A stretch of DNA of 63,979 nt, filler included, from Stramenopiles sp. TOSAG23-2 (GCA_900128395.1; 47 parts of 47 records of this genome joined end to end with filler, not necessarily neighbours in it); one strand, 5' to 3'. Counted from the first letter of the whole stretch, positions 10,678 to 23,869 are shown. Notes: generated by a model from the letters alone, not told the origin. Numbers and translations: made by a program.

Positions 10678-12585
10678 TTGCGTATCATTACTACGGCCGA
10701 AGACAACAGAAACAGAATTAAAGCCACCAGAATCGATTTTAAAATGCCTAACTTGTAAAGAAATGATATGGATTAGTGCTGTTAATGCGGATCATCAATA
10801 TGAAATAGATAAAACCGTAGTCACAGAAACAAATTTGGTGAGTCTTATTGGCAATGCTTGCAAATATAGCNNNNNNNNNNNNNNNNNNNNNNNNNNNNNN
10901 NNNNNNNNNNNNNNTTAATTAATTAANNNNNNNNNNNNNNNNNNNNNNNNNNNNNNNNNNNNNNNNNNNNAAGAATCAAATAATATATTATATCTCACAA
11001 ACTAAGATTTCTAGAGATATTAAATTAAATTAATAACAATTATTTTAATAATTTGATTGATTTCAAAAAAAAAAATTAAATTCTTTTAAGAAAATGTAAT
11101 AATAATATATATATATATATATATATCTACGTGTTAAGAAATTATGACTATATATATATATATATAAATGTATAAATTGTGTGATATGTATTCGATATAT
11201 CTAATTATTTCTATAGTTTGCCATGTCCCTGCAGCCTGTATAGATGGATCTATGGATCTATATTTTGATGAAGTTTCGACGTACGAAGAACTTTTTTTTA
11301 GCGAGCGCCGCCCTTCGCTGTTGTTGTTGATGAAGATCCAGGAGAATACTATTATATTATACTTTAAAATAATAAATCCCTATCAAATAATCATCAAGGC
11401 CCGCGCGTTCATATGATCTCTAGATTCTAGATCATGCTTCATACTTCATACACTAGTTATTCTAGTGCTATTGCATATTGCATGCCAGGCGCCAGGGATG
11501 CTATTTTATTCGGCTCGGTCGGATCACAGTAGTCGTCTAGACTATATACTGTCTACTGTATCGCAGTGCTATACAGGACAGCCTGGACAGCCTAGCTAGA
11601 GCTTAAGCTATTAATAGCTAGAGCTATAGCCTGGCTAGAGCTTAAGCTACTGTAAGCTCTAGCTGGCCCAGCTGGCCCAGAAGTTGGACGTAATTCTGAC
11701 AGCAGTAGCAGTAGCAGCAGCAGTATATAGTGATGGCAACAGTAGTGACAGCAGCAGCAGTGGTAGTAGTAGTGATGACAGCGATGATTATGATGGTGCA
11801 GCTATTGGTAGTGAACACAATAAAACATAAAAATATACTTTTCGTCTCGCTGGTAAATCTTTGGGGAATAATGCATTTACTTTGTATACGTACTCTCTAT
11901 ATCAATTATATTAAATTCATATTCGTATTTTATTTTTACTTTTGTTCAAATTTTAATGTTTCTTATATATTATTATATCTATACGAACATTGTAATTATC
12001 CAAAATTGTGTCTCTCTCCATATGTATCCTTCGGTACACGTGTACAGCAGGATATTGTGTACGAAATGTTGCTATCTCGTCGTTAAAAATCAATCATCCC
12101 CATCATCATCATAATCCTTTGGTTCTTGTGGTTCTAAATCTTCACCATATTGTATACAATGAAGGCAATCATNNNNNNNNNNNNNNNNNNNNNNNNNNNN
12201 NNNNNNNNNNNNNNNNTTAATTAATTAANNNNNNNNNNNNNNNNNNNNNNNNNNNNNNNNNNNNNNNNNNNNAGAGACGAATCGCAATTTATGAAAATGA
12301 GATCCCTTAAAACTGCCAGTTTTCCCGAGGATATAGGCACTTTTTTTTGATCAAATACGAAAACATGCTACGAAAACATGCTATCATATTTCATGTATTG
12401 ATTGTATATTAATAAGTAAGTAAAGTGATCAAATACGAAAACATGCTAAATAATTATATTTCATGTATTGATTGCATTTTACTTACTAAGTAAAGTGAAT
12501 GAGATGAACTACGTTTGGTCAATTTTGGTGAAGATGAGAATTGCCCTGATTGCTCTAGATTCTAAATGTCACCTACAATGGTATG

Positions 12586-13144
12586 CAGTGCTATACCCTC
12601 TAAACCGTGAAAACTGTGCACTTCACAAATAACACCATTCACTATGGGAAATATGTAAATATCGTTTTCTAAAATGCCAATTTTATTTTTCATATATTTG
12701 TGAAAAAATAGCAAATATCCGAAAATATAGAAAAAATGATGAATATTTCCCCCATAGTGAATAGTGTTAAGTGTACATTTTTTGCATGTTTTAGCTAATA
12801 TCGTCTTTAGTATACAACAAGTATGGCATGAGGCCACATTGCAAGCCTGTGATTTCAGTGAGAGACACCAAATAAAAAAAGATCTTTGTAAAATTATATA
12901 TTTGAATTGAGAATGAAGTTACAATGGTATGTGCATCCTATTTCCACCCTGTTTAGTATGTAAATAGTATTATGCCATATGTTTTAAATACAAAAATATC
13001 ATCAATATAAATTAATTATATACAAATATAATCCCATACACACACACACAAAGAACGCACACAAGCAAATATCCGAAAATATAGAAAAAATGATGAATAT
13101 TTCCCCCATAGTGAATAGTGTTAAGTGTTTAGAGGGTAGCACTG
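12586..13144. mobile_element. MITE-like element, family B (TIR CAGTGCTACCCTCTAAAC...ATTCACTATGGG)
   Basis: Inverted termini at 12586 and 13144; the core recurs at 33632-33902 (reverse) and 59600-59817. Confidence 0.65.
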
Positions 13145-13573
13145 CGTAGCATAGCCATACTGTAGCATATAGCTGTATGCACGTATGTACATGTACTTTT
13201 TAATTTTTTTATACGGAAGGCTGTGTCTCTACTATTTCGTTTTCAATGCTGTGTGTCTGTATTAATAGGTGGTGGTATTTCTATGGTATTTCGATGATAA
13301 ATTAAAAGGAGGAAGAGGAAGATTTTATAAAAAAAGAAGGGAGGAAATTATATATATTTAAAAAACAGTCAAACGGTAGCAAGTACAAACAAACATGAAA
13401 CATACATAGATATTATATATATATATACATATACATACATTAACAACGGTAGATTGTATATTTAGTATTATTANNNNNNNNNNNNNNNNNNNNNNNNNNN
13501 NNNNNNNNNNNNNNNNNTTAATTAATTAANNNNNNNNNNNNNNNNNNNNNNNNNNNNNNNNNNNNNNNNNNNN

Positions 13574-14579
13574 TATTGTTGATGTTGTTCTTTGTCATAT
13601 TCGTTGTTTTAATGTTATTATTATTATTAGTGGTAGTAGTAGTAGCTGTACTGTTCTTGTTACAGTTGGTGGATTTAAATTCGTCGACTTTATTGCCATC
13701 ATTATCATTATTATTATCAATAATATTATTTCGAAGTGACTTTATTGTAACATCTTGTTCTTTCAATGTTTTTTCTGCGAGTTTTAATTTTGTTTCTAAA
13801 AATTTTACTTGATTTTCATTTTCGTCATAATCATTATTATTATTCGCATCGTACTTTCTCGATAATAGTTGCAATTGTTCTTTCAAGGCATTGCGTTCCT
13901 GAACCAATCTCTCTGTTCTTTCCCGATATTCTTCAGTATTTTTATTATATTTCATTTGAGATTTTGCAAATTCTGATTTTAAATTCAATAATCTTTGTGA
14001 CAAATTTGTTGTAGAATGATGTGTTGAGATAGGCGAAACGCTTTTTGCTCTTTCAAGGCATTGCGTTCCTGAACCAATCTCTCTGTTCTTTCCCGATATT
14101 CTTCAGTATTTTTATTATATTTCATTTGAGATTTTGCAAATTCTGATTTTAAATTCAATAATCTTTGTGACAAATTTGTTGTAGAATGATGTGTTGAGAT
14201 AGGCGAAACGCTTTTTGCCGTTGTTGCTTTCAATCTTACTAAAGCGTTTTGGTAAAATTGGAGTTGTTCATCACTATTTGCTTTCATATCCTTTAATTTT
14301 TGATTCTCCATTTGCAAATTTTTATTAATAGATATTAATTTTTCTATCTCAGCCTCCAGATTGTTTTTAAGTTGCACATCAGCTGAAAATTGCTCTAATT
14401 GTAATATTTCTTTTTCCAATTTTCGATTTTCGCTTCGTTCATCAGCCATTATCTCTAACAATAGGTCACTTTCTTCTTTTACTTTGGAATGTCTTTTTGT
14501 TAAATCTATTACTTCTGCTTTCAACTGATCATTTTCTTTTTGTACTCGTTCCAATAGCATTAAAATTTGTGAGTTCTTA

Positions 14580-14614
<35 letters not shown>

Positions 14615-14774
14615 TGTAAACGAATTAGAATATTCTTCATGAGAGGTATGATTCATAACGCTTTTCATAGATGAATATGTTTTTGGGTAGCGATTTCCAT
14701 TCGATGCTTTAACATTTTTTGCATGTTTTTTCCAATCTGTTAATCTCATCGTGTTTGTATCTTTATCTTCTAAT
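13574..14774 (-). CDS. Coiled-coil protein interrupted by an exact 170-nt tandem duplication (13879-14218)
   Basis: Two ORFs share the segment SQRLLNLKSEF...ALKEQ. Confidence 0.65.
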
Positions 14775-15482
14775 NNNNNNNNNNNNNNNNNNNNNNNNNN
14801 NNNNNNNNNNNNNNNNNNTTAATTAATTAANNNNNNNNNNNNNNNNNNNNNNNNNNNNNNNNNNNNNNNNNNNNAAGTTTAATCTATCTTAGATGTATGT
14901 GAAGTTTTTACACTCATATCTCATCTAGAATTTTTTTTATTCAAAATCGTTTCCTGGACATTTATGCCCGAGACCACCATAATATATATGTATATTTTGG
15001 TATTTTTTAAATAATATGATGGTTAAAATCCTAAAAGTTATAATAATTTTACTTCCCGTGGTAAATACTACGCTCAAAAGATACTCAAGCTTTTGGTACG
15101 GGTCGTATTTTTTTATATTTTTTTACGAAAATATATTATATTATTTATTATATTATAATATTTTCTCGCGTGTAAATTAATAACAAAAATTTTAACATTT
15201 TTCTCTATTAAAAAATTACGAACGTATTACTTCGTATATTTTAAATAAATAACTCTCTCGCATATTTTTTTAACTCTCGCACCCCAACAAATAAATTTAT
15301 TACGCACATATCATATATATATATTAAAATATATATCTTGGTACGTGAACAAAATAAACACAAAATACGCTTCGCTCCACCAACGTTACACAGGATTATA
15401 TGGCAGGATTATATCGCTCCGCCAACTTTCTAGGCAGCAGGATTTACAAATACGCTTCGCTCCACCACCCTTAGGCAGGATT

Positions 15483-16074
15483 TTATATAAAATCCAAATT
15501 CCATTTCACAGTTTTCCCTGTAAATCTAGAATGTGCATTACTTAATTCTACAATTAAAATACCACTTTCTGGTACTTCCCATACACCACTATAAACACCA
15601 TTCTCAGCAGATATTTTCAATTTTTCTTGAATAACGATTTGATCCGGTGATTCCTGGTCTTTATTGACTTCCTTTGGATTTTTATGAAACATAGCAGTTA
15701 AATAAACACCTTTACTAACCAATGCAAATTTATAATTCACTTTTCCTTTTGTTGGAGTCATGACCTCACAATATTTTCTACTACGACGTCCAACAGTAAT
15801 TTTATTTAAATCCCCATCACCACGTTGTACAAGTTCACCAGACAATTCTTTTGGTAAATCTTTTGTTGGAAATGTGCCACCAAGATAATCCGGTAAATAT
15901 TCAAGATTAATCCACGTCTTGCCAAATTCACTTTCACCTAAATTTGGAGTAGATGGAAAAATATCAAACTTCTCCATCATTGATCTTGGAAACAATGGTC
16001 CAATAATTTTAATAAACCATGGAATAAATGATGGTGCATTTACAATTAAATATTTATCCACCATTTGTGGATTA
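15483..16074 (-). CDS. SEC14-like CRAL-TRIO + GOLD domain protein, C-terminal part
   Basis: LIVNAP.F...F.II.P, LP.YLGG, and GOLD-type G.L.V..SN.HSRFTGK.V. Confidence 0.8.
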
Positions 16075-16300
16075 NNNNNNNNNNNNNNNNNNNNNNNNNN
16101 NNNNNNNNNNNNNNNNNNTTAATTAATTAANNNNNNNNNNNNNNNNNNNNNNNNNNNNNNNNNNNNNNNNNNNNTAATAGCTTTTATATATATATAATAT
16201 ATATATACAAAAAAACATTTAAAGGTACTTTTCAACATAGAATTTTTTTACATCTCATTCATCATTACCGATATATAGATATATACAAACACAAAAACTT

Positions 16301-17368
16301 TTATTTACCACCATCACCATTTAAAATCTCTTCTGCATCTTTTGCTTCTTGTAATAATTCATTTTCAGTTACTTTTAATTTTTCCCTTCCATGGTCATCA
16401 ATTGATAACCCTTGTACAATGTCATATGTACCATTGCCATTGCATTTCACTGGAAAACTAAAGATAATATCCTTTGCAACATCATAATCACCTTTTGAAT
16501 ACACTCCCATTGAAACAATTTCATTTGGTTTCGTACCAGTAACTAACCATGTTTTCAAATGATCGCAGATGGCATTTGCAGCAGATAATGCACTACTAAA
16601 TTTACGTGCTGCGATGATAGCTGCACCACGTTGTTGTACAGTTGAGATAAATTCATTTTGTAAATATGCCGTATCCTTCACGACATTTGCAATTGATTCG
16701 CCATTGATTGTACCATTTGATATATCTGGAAATTGTGTTTTGGAATGATTTCCCCATATAATAACATTTTGCACGGAATCTACACTAACATTTGCTTTTA
16801 ATGCAATTTGTGCTAAAGCACGATTGTGATCCAAACGTGTTAAACATGTGAAATTCTCCACTGGTAATTTTGGGCATGATTTCAATGCAACGCGGCAATT
16901 TGAATTGGCTGGATTTGCAACTACAAGTACTTTGCAAGTTGGTTTGGCATATTTTTCCATTGCTTCACCCATACCTTTAAATATTTTTGTATTAATTTGT
17001 ATTAAATCTTTACGTAACATACCTTGACGTCTTGGAAAACCACCTACTAATACAGCAACATCGCAATCTTGGAATGCTGCGGCGGGATCAGCCGTTGGTA
17101 TTAAACCCGCTAATGTTGAAAACGCACAATCTTCAATCTCCATTTTCACACCTTCTAATGCTGGCAATGCTGGTGGAATTTCCAACATGCATAATATAAT
17201 TGGTTGATTCATACCAAAAACTTCCCCACTAGCAATTCGTGGTAATAATGAATATCCAATTTGACCAGCTGCACCTGTTACTACCACTTTGATCGGTGGT
17301 AATTTTAATTGTGCTTGAAGTGCTGCCACTTCTTTTCTTACATTATCAGCTGTACTACCTTCAGACAT
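16301..17368 (-). CDS. MDH1: Malate dehydrogenase, cytosolic (MDH1) type
   Basis: [31 protein letters not shown] and VQQRGAAII motifs. Confidence 0.96.
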   Translation of the reverse strand: MSEGSTADNVRKEVAALQAQLKLPPIKVVVTGAAGQIGYSLLPRIASGEVFGMNQPIILCMLEIPPALPALEGVKMEIEDCAFSTLAGLIPTADPAAAFQDCDVAVLVGGFPRRQGMLRKDLIQINTKIFKGMGEAMEKYAKPTCKVLVVANPANSNCRVALKSCPKLPVENFTCLTRLDHNRALAQIALKANVSVDSVQNVIIWGNHSKTQFPDISNGTINGESIANVVKDTAYLQNEFISTVQQRGAAIIAARKFSSALSAANAICDHLKTWLVTGTKPNEIVSMGVYSKGDYDVAKDIIFSFPVKCNGNGTYDIVQGLSIDDHGREKLKVTENELLQEAKDAEEILNGDGGK

Positions 17369-17474
17369 ATTATANNNNNNNNNNNNNNNNNNNNNNNNNN
17401 NNNNNNNNNNNNNNNNNNTTAATTAATTAANNNNNNNNNNNNNNNNNNNNNNNNNNNNNNNNNNNNNNNNNNNN

Positions 17475-18377
17475 AACCAATTATTAACGATATTGGAGGG
17501 AGATGACGACGATGACGATGTACCACCACCACCACCAAATGTAACGTTAGATGACGAAACACCACTGCCACCTCCACCATTATCTTTACGACGAGGTTCG
17601 ATACCACCTGGTCCTCCACCAATACCTAATGTCAAGCTTCCAAGAAAAATTAGCCCTCCACCAATTCCACCGCCTAGTAATAACAGTGGCAATGATAATG
17701 CTAGTAGTAGAGGTGGTCGTAGATCTACGAGCCCCAAAGTTGTACCAGGTAGTAGAATTAGAAGGGCAACTCAATCTTTCATGGATGACCCTATGATGAT
17801 GTCGTTTAAACGCAATAGTAAAACTGCAGGTAGTGATAATAGTAGTAATGATAACAATGACAAAGATAATTTATCAAATAGGAATGTGGGTGCTACAGGA
17901 GAAGAAATGGATATGCAGATGTTGCGTGGTATCTTCGCCGCATTTGATGATAATAAAAATGGTAAATTAAATCGTCGTGAATTATCAGATGCTTTAATAG
18001 CACTTGGTTTTAAACCGACAGAAACATTGTTGTCAAAGTATTATACAGAAAATTTAAATTTAACCGGTAAAAAAGTTTGGAATATATCATTGACTGCGTT
18101 TGTCAATGCATCAATGAAACATTTAGATGCCGCAGATGATTGTACAAACGATGTTATGTATTTATTTAAAGCATTTGATTCTAAATTATCAGGCGATGTC
18201 AGTGCGAAAATGGTACGTCATTTTTTACACGAAACAATGGTCCCAACACGATTATCATCTCAAGAAACAGATGAATTTTTGTTGGAATGTATGGAAGATC
18301 CAAAAAATTTATCAGAAATTTTTAAGTATGAAGACTTAGTAGATAAATTACTGTTTGTTAATAATAATAATAAGTAA
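17475..18377 (+). CDS. Proline-rich protein with a C-terminal calmodulin-like EF-hand domain (5' truncated)
   Basis: Poly-Pro region; FDDNKNGKLNRREL EF-hand. Confidence 0.7.
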   Translation, partial: NQLLTILEGDDDDDDVPPPPPNVTLDDETPLPPPPLSLRRGSIPPGPPPIPNVKLPRKISPPPIPPPSNNSGNDNASSRGGRRSTSPKVVPGSRIRRATQSFMDDPMMMSFKRNSKTAGSDNSSNDNNDKDNLSNRNVGATGEEMDMQMLRGIFAAFDDNKNGKLNRRELSDALIALGFKPTETLLSKYYTENLNLTGKKVWNISLTAFVNASMKHLDAADDCTNDVMYLFKAFDSKLSGDVSAKMVRHFLHETMVPTRLSSQETDEFLLECMEDPKNLSEIFKYEDLVDKLLFVNNNNK

Positions 18378-20479
18378 AAATATAATATTAAATTAATTAT
18401 AACGGGTTAGTGTGAAGGGGGGGAGAGGGGGGAAGCTGAGATTTATGCAACTTTATCTATAATCTAAATCTGGCAATCCATGCACTCGGCACTCCACACA
18501 CTTGAATTTTTAAGTATATATAGCCGCCAGATAGGCGACTGTAATTTAGAGTAGTAGACGACTACCAGATCATACCACGCGGGTACTTAATTTTTCTGGC
18601 ATACTGATACCTTATTATTAGACTTTTAAGGAGCACTTATGAATGGAGTTAGGGATGTTTAGCCGTTTAGCTGNNNNNNNNNNNNNNNNNNNNNNNNNNN
18701 NNNNNNNNNNNNNNNNNTTAATTAATTAANNNNNNNNNNNNNNNNNNNNNNNNNNNNNNNNNNNNNNNNNNNNGTCCAAATCGTGGTAAGTTCACCCTAT
18801 CACCAACTTTTAAATCCATAACTTTACGTTAGTGATTTTTACTACTTTTTTTTTTTTTTGCCTCCCTCTTCCTATGTATTAATATATTTAATATCTTCGT
18901 TGAATATTTTTTATATTATATATTCTGATGTTATAATATGTATGTATATATATTATGATTGGATAATCGTATATGTATACCTTCTTCTCCTTTTGTTCTC
19001 TCCAGTAAGGAATACATTTTAGAAATAGTTCAAAAACTTTTAGAACCACCTAACGGTTTTGATTGTGTGATGATGTCGCCGACCGAACAACAACAAATGT
19101 CGTGTAGCTATCCAGCTATCCAGCTATCCAAGCTATCCAGGCTATACCAGGTAGCTCTATCAGGTAATAATATTTAGTATTATATAACATTGTCGTGCTC
19201 TGTATAGTATACAGTACTGGTAGGCCTATATCATCTAGGTTCGCCGTGTCAGTACTGTTATCATCATAATATTATTTCACAGGCCCTATTGCACCACATT
19301 GTTTTGGTGTTTTGGCCTCTCATCTTCTTTTATTATATCATCATTTTGGAAAAATGAATACACCATAGTATACACTAACACCATGCATGATGATGATGGC
19401 TGCTGGATGGGCCATATAAGATACTGCTGCAAAATATATATATATATACTAGCTATATATGCCAAGGTATTTGCACTATCCAATAATATAACAAATAGAA
19501 AATGCCATTCGTGGAACATATACGTCATACATACACACACATATATATATATATATATTCACAATTATGTATCATTCACGCAACGTTTTTGTGCTTGTTG
19601 CTACGGTACTTCTTTTATTCGTACTCACACCAAATGTGGTAAATAGTAAAAGTTTACGTGCTATGCAACAAATGTTAAATACAGAACGACACCAAACATT
19701 TGTTGATGTAAATGGTGGGTATGTTTTGTATATGTATTCCAGGTATTCTTCCAATTATTAGGTGCTTAGTCGCTAGCCAGCTAGCTATATTAATAGAAAT
19801 AATAATGCTCTACTATAATAATAGGTGGTATTTTCGTCTGACCTTTTACTTTTTTGTTGTTATTATACCACAGGTACCAGGTAAAGGTGAATATTATATT
19901 ATACTATAGCACAGGAATCTCAATAAGTTTGCCTGCCCAGGCCTGGTTTGGTGTTTGGTATCACCTTTCTGGNNNNNNNNNNNNNNNNNNNNNNNNNNNN
20001 NNNNNNNNNNNNNNNNTTAATTAATTAANNNNNNNNNNNNNNNNNNNNNNNNNNNNNNNNNNNNNNNNNNNNATGAAGAATATAATATGGGACAACCAAT
20101 GGAGGATGATGCTTTATTAGAATTTACATTATCGAAAAATCAATTGGATGAGCATAAATGGAATCATATAGAAATAAAAGATGAATTTAATTTTGATTTG
20201 ACAAAAGATGGTGGTGAACATAATGATTTGTTAGATACGTAGAGTGTTAGTAATCGTTCAATCTATTATTTATTTGTGTGTGTCTAAATATACATATTTT
20301 TATATTAACATGTTCGTAATATTTTTACAGTTGTTGCAACACTTCAAAAATCTATCTCCCCTGACGAACGCTTGTAAATAAGTAAATGAGAGATCCCGGA
20401 GATGGCAGATCTCGAAATTTAAACCGTAGAGGGTTGGTGATTTAGTATGGGAATAGTAGGTGTTATAATTTAATCTACG

Positions 20480-21147
20480 TTTTCCCGTGGTTCAGAAGAA
20501 GAAGAACGCCAGATAGTATTTGTAGTTTATTGAGATTAAATTCCGCATTTACGTTTATGTTTCATCAAATATTTAAATCGCATGTAAAACAGTATTGCAA
20601 TGGCTGGTGGAGCAACAATAAAAATGTCGTCCGCGTATGCAAGTATGCACCAATCATCTGCTTCATCCCGTCTCCTTGGATCGTTGGCATACTTCATCCG
20701 CCAAATCTTTCTCTGCAATATTAGATACTCTATTGCCTGTCTATGACTTGGTCTCAATCCACATGTGTATATTAGCATCCCTAGTGGGTCTCCCTGTTGT
20801 GTCCCCTGGTATGATCGAATATATGTATCTACATCTTTTGCTCTTGACACGTACAAAAGTGGACTTTGTCGGCCATACATACTGAATATATACTTGGTTA
20901 CGGAAGGGAATGACGCCATTGTTTCACGTAGTGCACTTTGTCGATCAATTGAATTAAAGGCATTTGCTGCGTCTAACTGAAAACATACAAAGTTTTTATA
21001 TTTCTCGAGTAAAGTTTGTACAACAATTGGTATTTTTGTAGTACCATTGGAGGAACCACTTGCCATTTGCTCTGCTCCAAAATGTGATATTACTTTTGGT
21101 TTAATTCGTCGCATTAAAAATTTACCAGCCACCCGGCGAAGTGCATT
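20480..21147 (-). pseudogene. Truncated, frameshifted non-LTR retrotransposon reverse transcriptase (CRE/SLACS-like)
   Basis: LDAANAFNSIDR, GTQQGDPLG and LAYADD motifs; frameshift near 20536 before NLNKLQIL. Confidence 0.85.
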
Positions 21148-21371
21148 ATATATATATAAATTTATTTTATGATATATATATAATATATAACTGATGATAC
21201 TGATATTGATGAAAATCGAAAATCAAAAATATATAATCTGAAAATTTTTTAAAGTTAACAAAAAAGTATTTNNNNNNNNNNNNNNNNNNNNNNNNNNNNN
21301 NNNNNNNNNNNNNNNTTAATTAATTAANNNNNNNNNNNNNNNNNNNNNNNNNNNNNNNNNNNNNNNNNNNN

Positions 21372-21787
21372 GATTTTAAACCGATGCCTTTTTGCAACAA
21401 CATGATCGCAACACCATCAATAAACATATGCCAAATTCCCCATATTATTCCTACAATCAAACTTTGATATATGTCCCCTCCGTATCTTTTCGACGTTGTT
21501 AACGGTAGGTTTGGAACTGCCACTAAAACTAAAATCGTTATAATCGCAATGGCGAAATTAAATTTAAAAAACAAAACATAAGGTGGCAATATATTAGAAC
21601 GATTTACGAAAGAGCCATTTCTACCATCATTGTCCATATAAAAAAATTTTCCAATGTAGTAATGCCATAATAAACAAAAAAGCAATCCAACCGCTTGCAA
21701 TGTACTCCATAAAAGACGATTGACAAATGGATATTGAAATGAACACACAGGAAATGGCAACTGTGATGGCGCTACATTAATAGTCAT
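21372..21787 (-). CDS. Multi-pass membrane protein, N-terminal part
   Basis: Three hydrophobic segments; truncated at the linker. Confidence 0.55.
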
Positions 21788-22390
21788 GATTTACAATGTG
21801 ATTAAATATTTCACCAATGAATATATATATATATTTGTATCGATAAACTCCCAGAACTCTTTTTCCTATTATATATCGTCTCATTTGAATTTAATAATAA
21901 TAATACATATTTATGAAAAGTGCATATAATTATGTTGAAGGGCATAATTAATAAAAGTTATTTTTGATGATGATGATGGTGTGTGAGGCGGCAACTGAGT
22001 GCCAGTATGCTGGTTTCGTAAAAGTGCCCTACGTAACGTAGACTACGGTGTTAGGTCCTTTTAGAGTTAACTAGACTATAGATAGTAACACAGTGTACAG
22101 TGTTCAATGTTCTACCAGAACACCAGAGCTATGTATTCTGTGTATAGAACCAGTGTATTGCTATACTTAGCTGGTTAGCGTATAGCTACTATTATTACAA
22201 TGTCAAATATATGATATTAATATATAGGTTGGTTACCAGGTTACATACAATCAATCCGATTATTTATTTTAGAAATTATTTTTTTTGCAACTTTTTTATT
22301 TTTATGATTAATATTTTGTGTTGAAGCACAATTATTATTTAGCAATAAATTTCAACTTTATTTGAAAAAAATTCTTTCTGTTTTTTTCCA

Positions 22391-22570
22391 TCAGTTTCGA
22401 CGCATCTGCGATGGTAATTTCTTTTCTTTATTTGCAATGCTTTTTGATGCCTTTCCTTTACTTTCTAAAATTTGTACAATTTCTTGATAACCAGCTTCAT
22501 ATGCCAAATGCAATGCCGTATTGCCTGATGCATCTTGTAAATTAATTTCAATTTTATCTGTTGATATGAG
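22391..22570 (-). CDS. Ankyrin-repeat protein, C-terminal fragment
   Basis: Manual translation INLQDASGNTALHLAYEAGYQEIVQIL. Confidence 0.75.
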   Translation of the reverse strand, partial: LISTDKIEINLQDASGNTALHLAYEAGYQEIVQILESKGKASKSIANKEKKLPSQMRRN

Positions 22571-23011
22571 NNNNNNNNNNNNNNNNNNNNNNNNNNNNNN
22601 NNNNNNNNNNNNNNTTAATTAATTAANNNNNNNNNNNNNNNNNNNNNNNNNNNNNNNNNNNNNNNNNNNNAAACAAGAGAGAAGAGTATCGATATATGAT
22701 ATTTAGGTGGCGGTTTGAGAGGAATGTTGAGAGAGATGTTTTGCTGCAAAAATTTTAGCTAATCTATACACTTAGTCATAAAACAAGGTTAAGAATATCA
22801 ATAAAAGTTTTATTAAACTCCCTGTTTTTGTATATTATAAGAAAATAAATATTTTTTATTAATTTTTTTATTAATGATTTAAATCACCATTTTACCTCTT
22901 CCTACTGTTCTACCTTCTGGACCCTCTACCAATTTTAATTTCATCAAAATAATTAGCTTTTTGCTTTTCCACCTTTTGAACGTAAAAGTGAATAATTTTT
23001 TTATAATTTTT

Positions 23012-23869
23012 TTAATGATTTAAATCACCATTACCTCTTCCTACATGTCTACCATTTTCATCAAAATAATTTGCTATTCCACCTTTTGAACGTAAAAGTG
23101 CAATGATCGCTTGTTTAATTGGACCATGATTATGAAAATATGCCCTGTCCAGGGGAGTGTATCCCCCAGACTCCTTCTTATTAATGCTATCAAGAGTCAT
23201 ATTAGTTAACAACAATTGAATCAACTCAGTACTCGTTCTGTTATTACGTGCTGCTATATGTAATGCATTCTTTCCATCACCACGTGCAATATTAGGATCA
23301 GCTTCACCTTGTTCAAGTAAATATTGAACTATTTGGAAATGTTCGTTCTTTGCAGCCGCCATTAAAGGTGTCAACCCATCATAATATATATACGCCACAA
23401 TCTGTTTCATCGTCATCTCACTTCCGACACTATTTATCTTATATTTATGAAATGGATGTAACGTAAAAAAAATTTTAACACTCTCCAAATTCCCGTTTTT
23501 GCATGCTTGATAAAATACATACCTTCCGAAGGCATACCTTCCATACTCAGCATATAAATCATATAAACGTCTTGGATTTTCAATCAAACGTTCAATACTC
23601 GATATAAAATTTATATCCCCATTATTTTGTATTGTAAGTTGTTTTATTAAACATGATTCTTTTAAATTCAATATCGATTTTACATTTAGATATTTTATAA
23701 TATTTTCAAACAAACCATGAATATTACATACGGAATAGATATTAGTTGTATCTGATTCTTTAACTTTTGTTTTCACGTATGTTTTTATAAAATCTTCTGT
23801 ATTTAGTATTTTCATTACTAATACATTTATTCTTTCAACTATCATGGTTGTTGCTTCTTTATCGATGTT
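23012..23869 (-). CDS. Ankyrin-repeat protein
   Basis: GLTPLMAAA, GKNALHIAA and GYTPLDRA repeats. Confidence 0.9.
   Translation of the reverse strand, partial: NIDKEATTMIVERINVLVMKILNTEDFIKTYVKTKVKESDTTNIYSVCNIHGLFENIIKYLNVKSILNLKESCLIKQLTIQNNGDINFISSIERLIENPRRLYDLYAEYGRYAFGRYVFYQACKNGNLESVKIFFTLHPFHKYKINSVGSEMTMKQIVAYIYYDGLTPLMAAAKNEHFQIVQYLLEQGEADPNIARGDGKNALHIAARNNRTSTELIQLLLTNMTLDSINKKESGGYTPLDRAYFHNHGPIKQAIIALLRSKGGIANYFDENGRHVGRGNGDLNH

Noticed and set aside
12349-12500. Tandem duplication of about 78 nt
   Set aside because: Two diverged copies only, with no structure suggesting function
13879-14218. Programmed frameshift or internal protein repeat
   Set aside because: Exact 170-nt tandem copy that breaks the frame; typical mis-assembly or amplification echo
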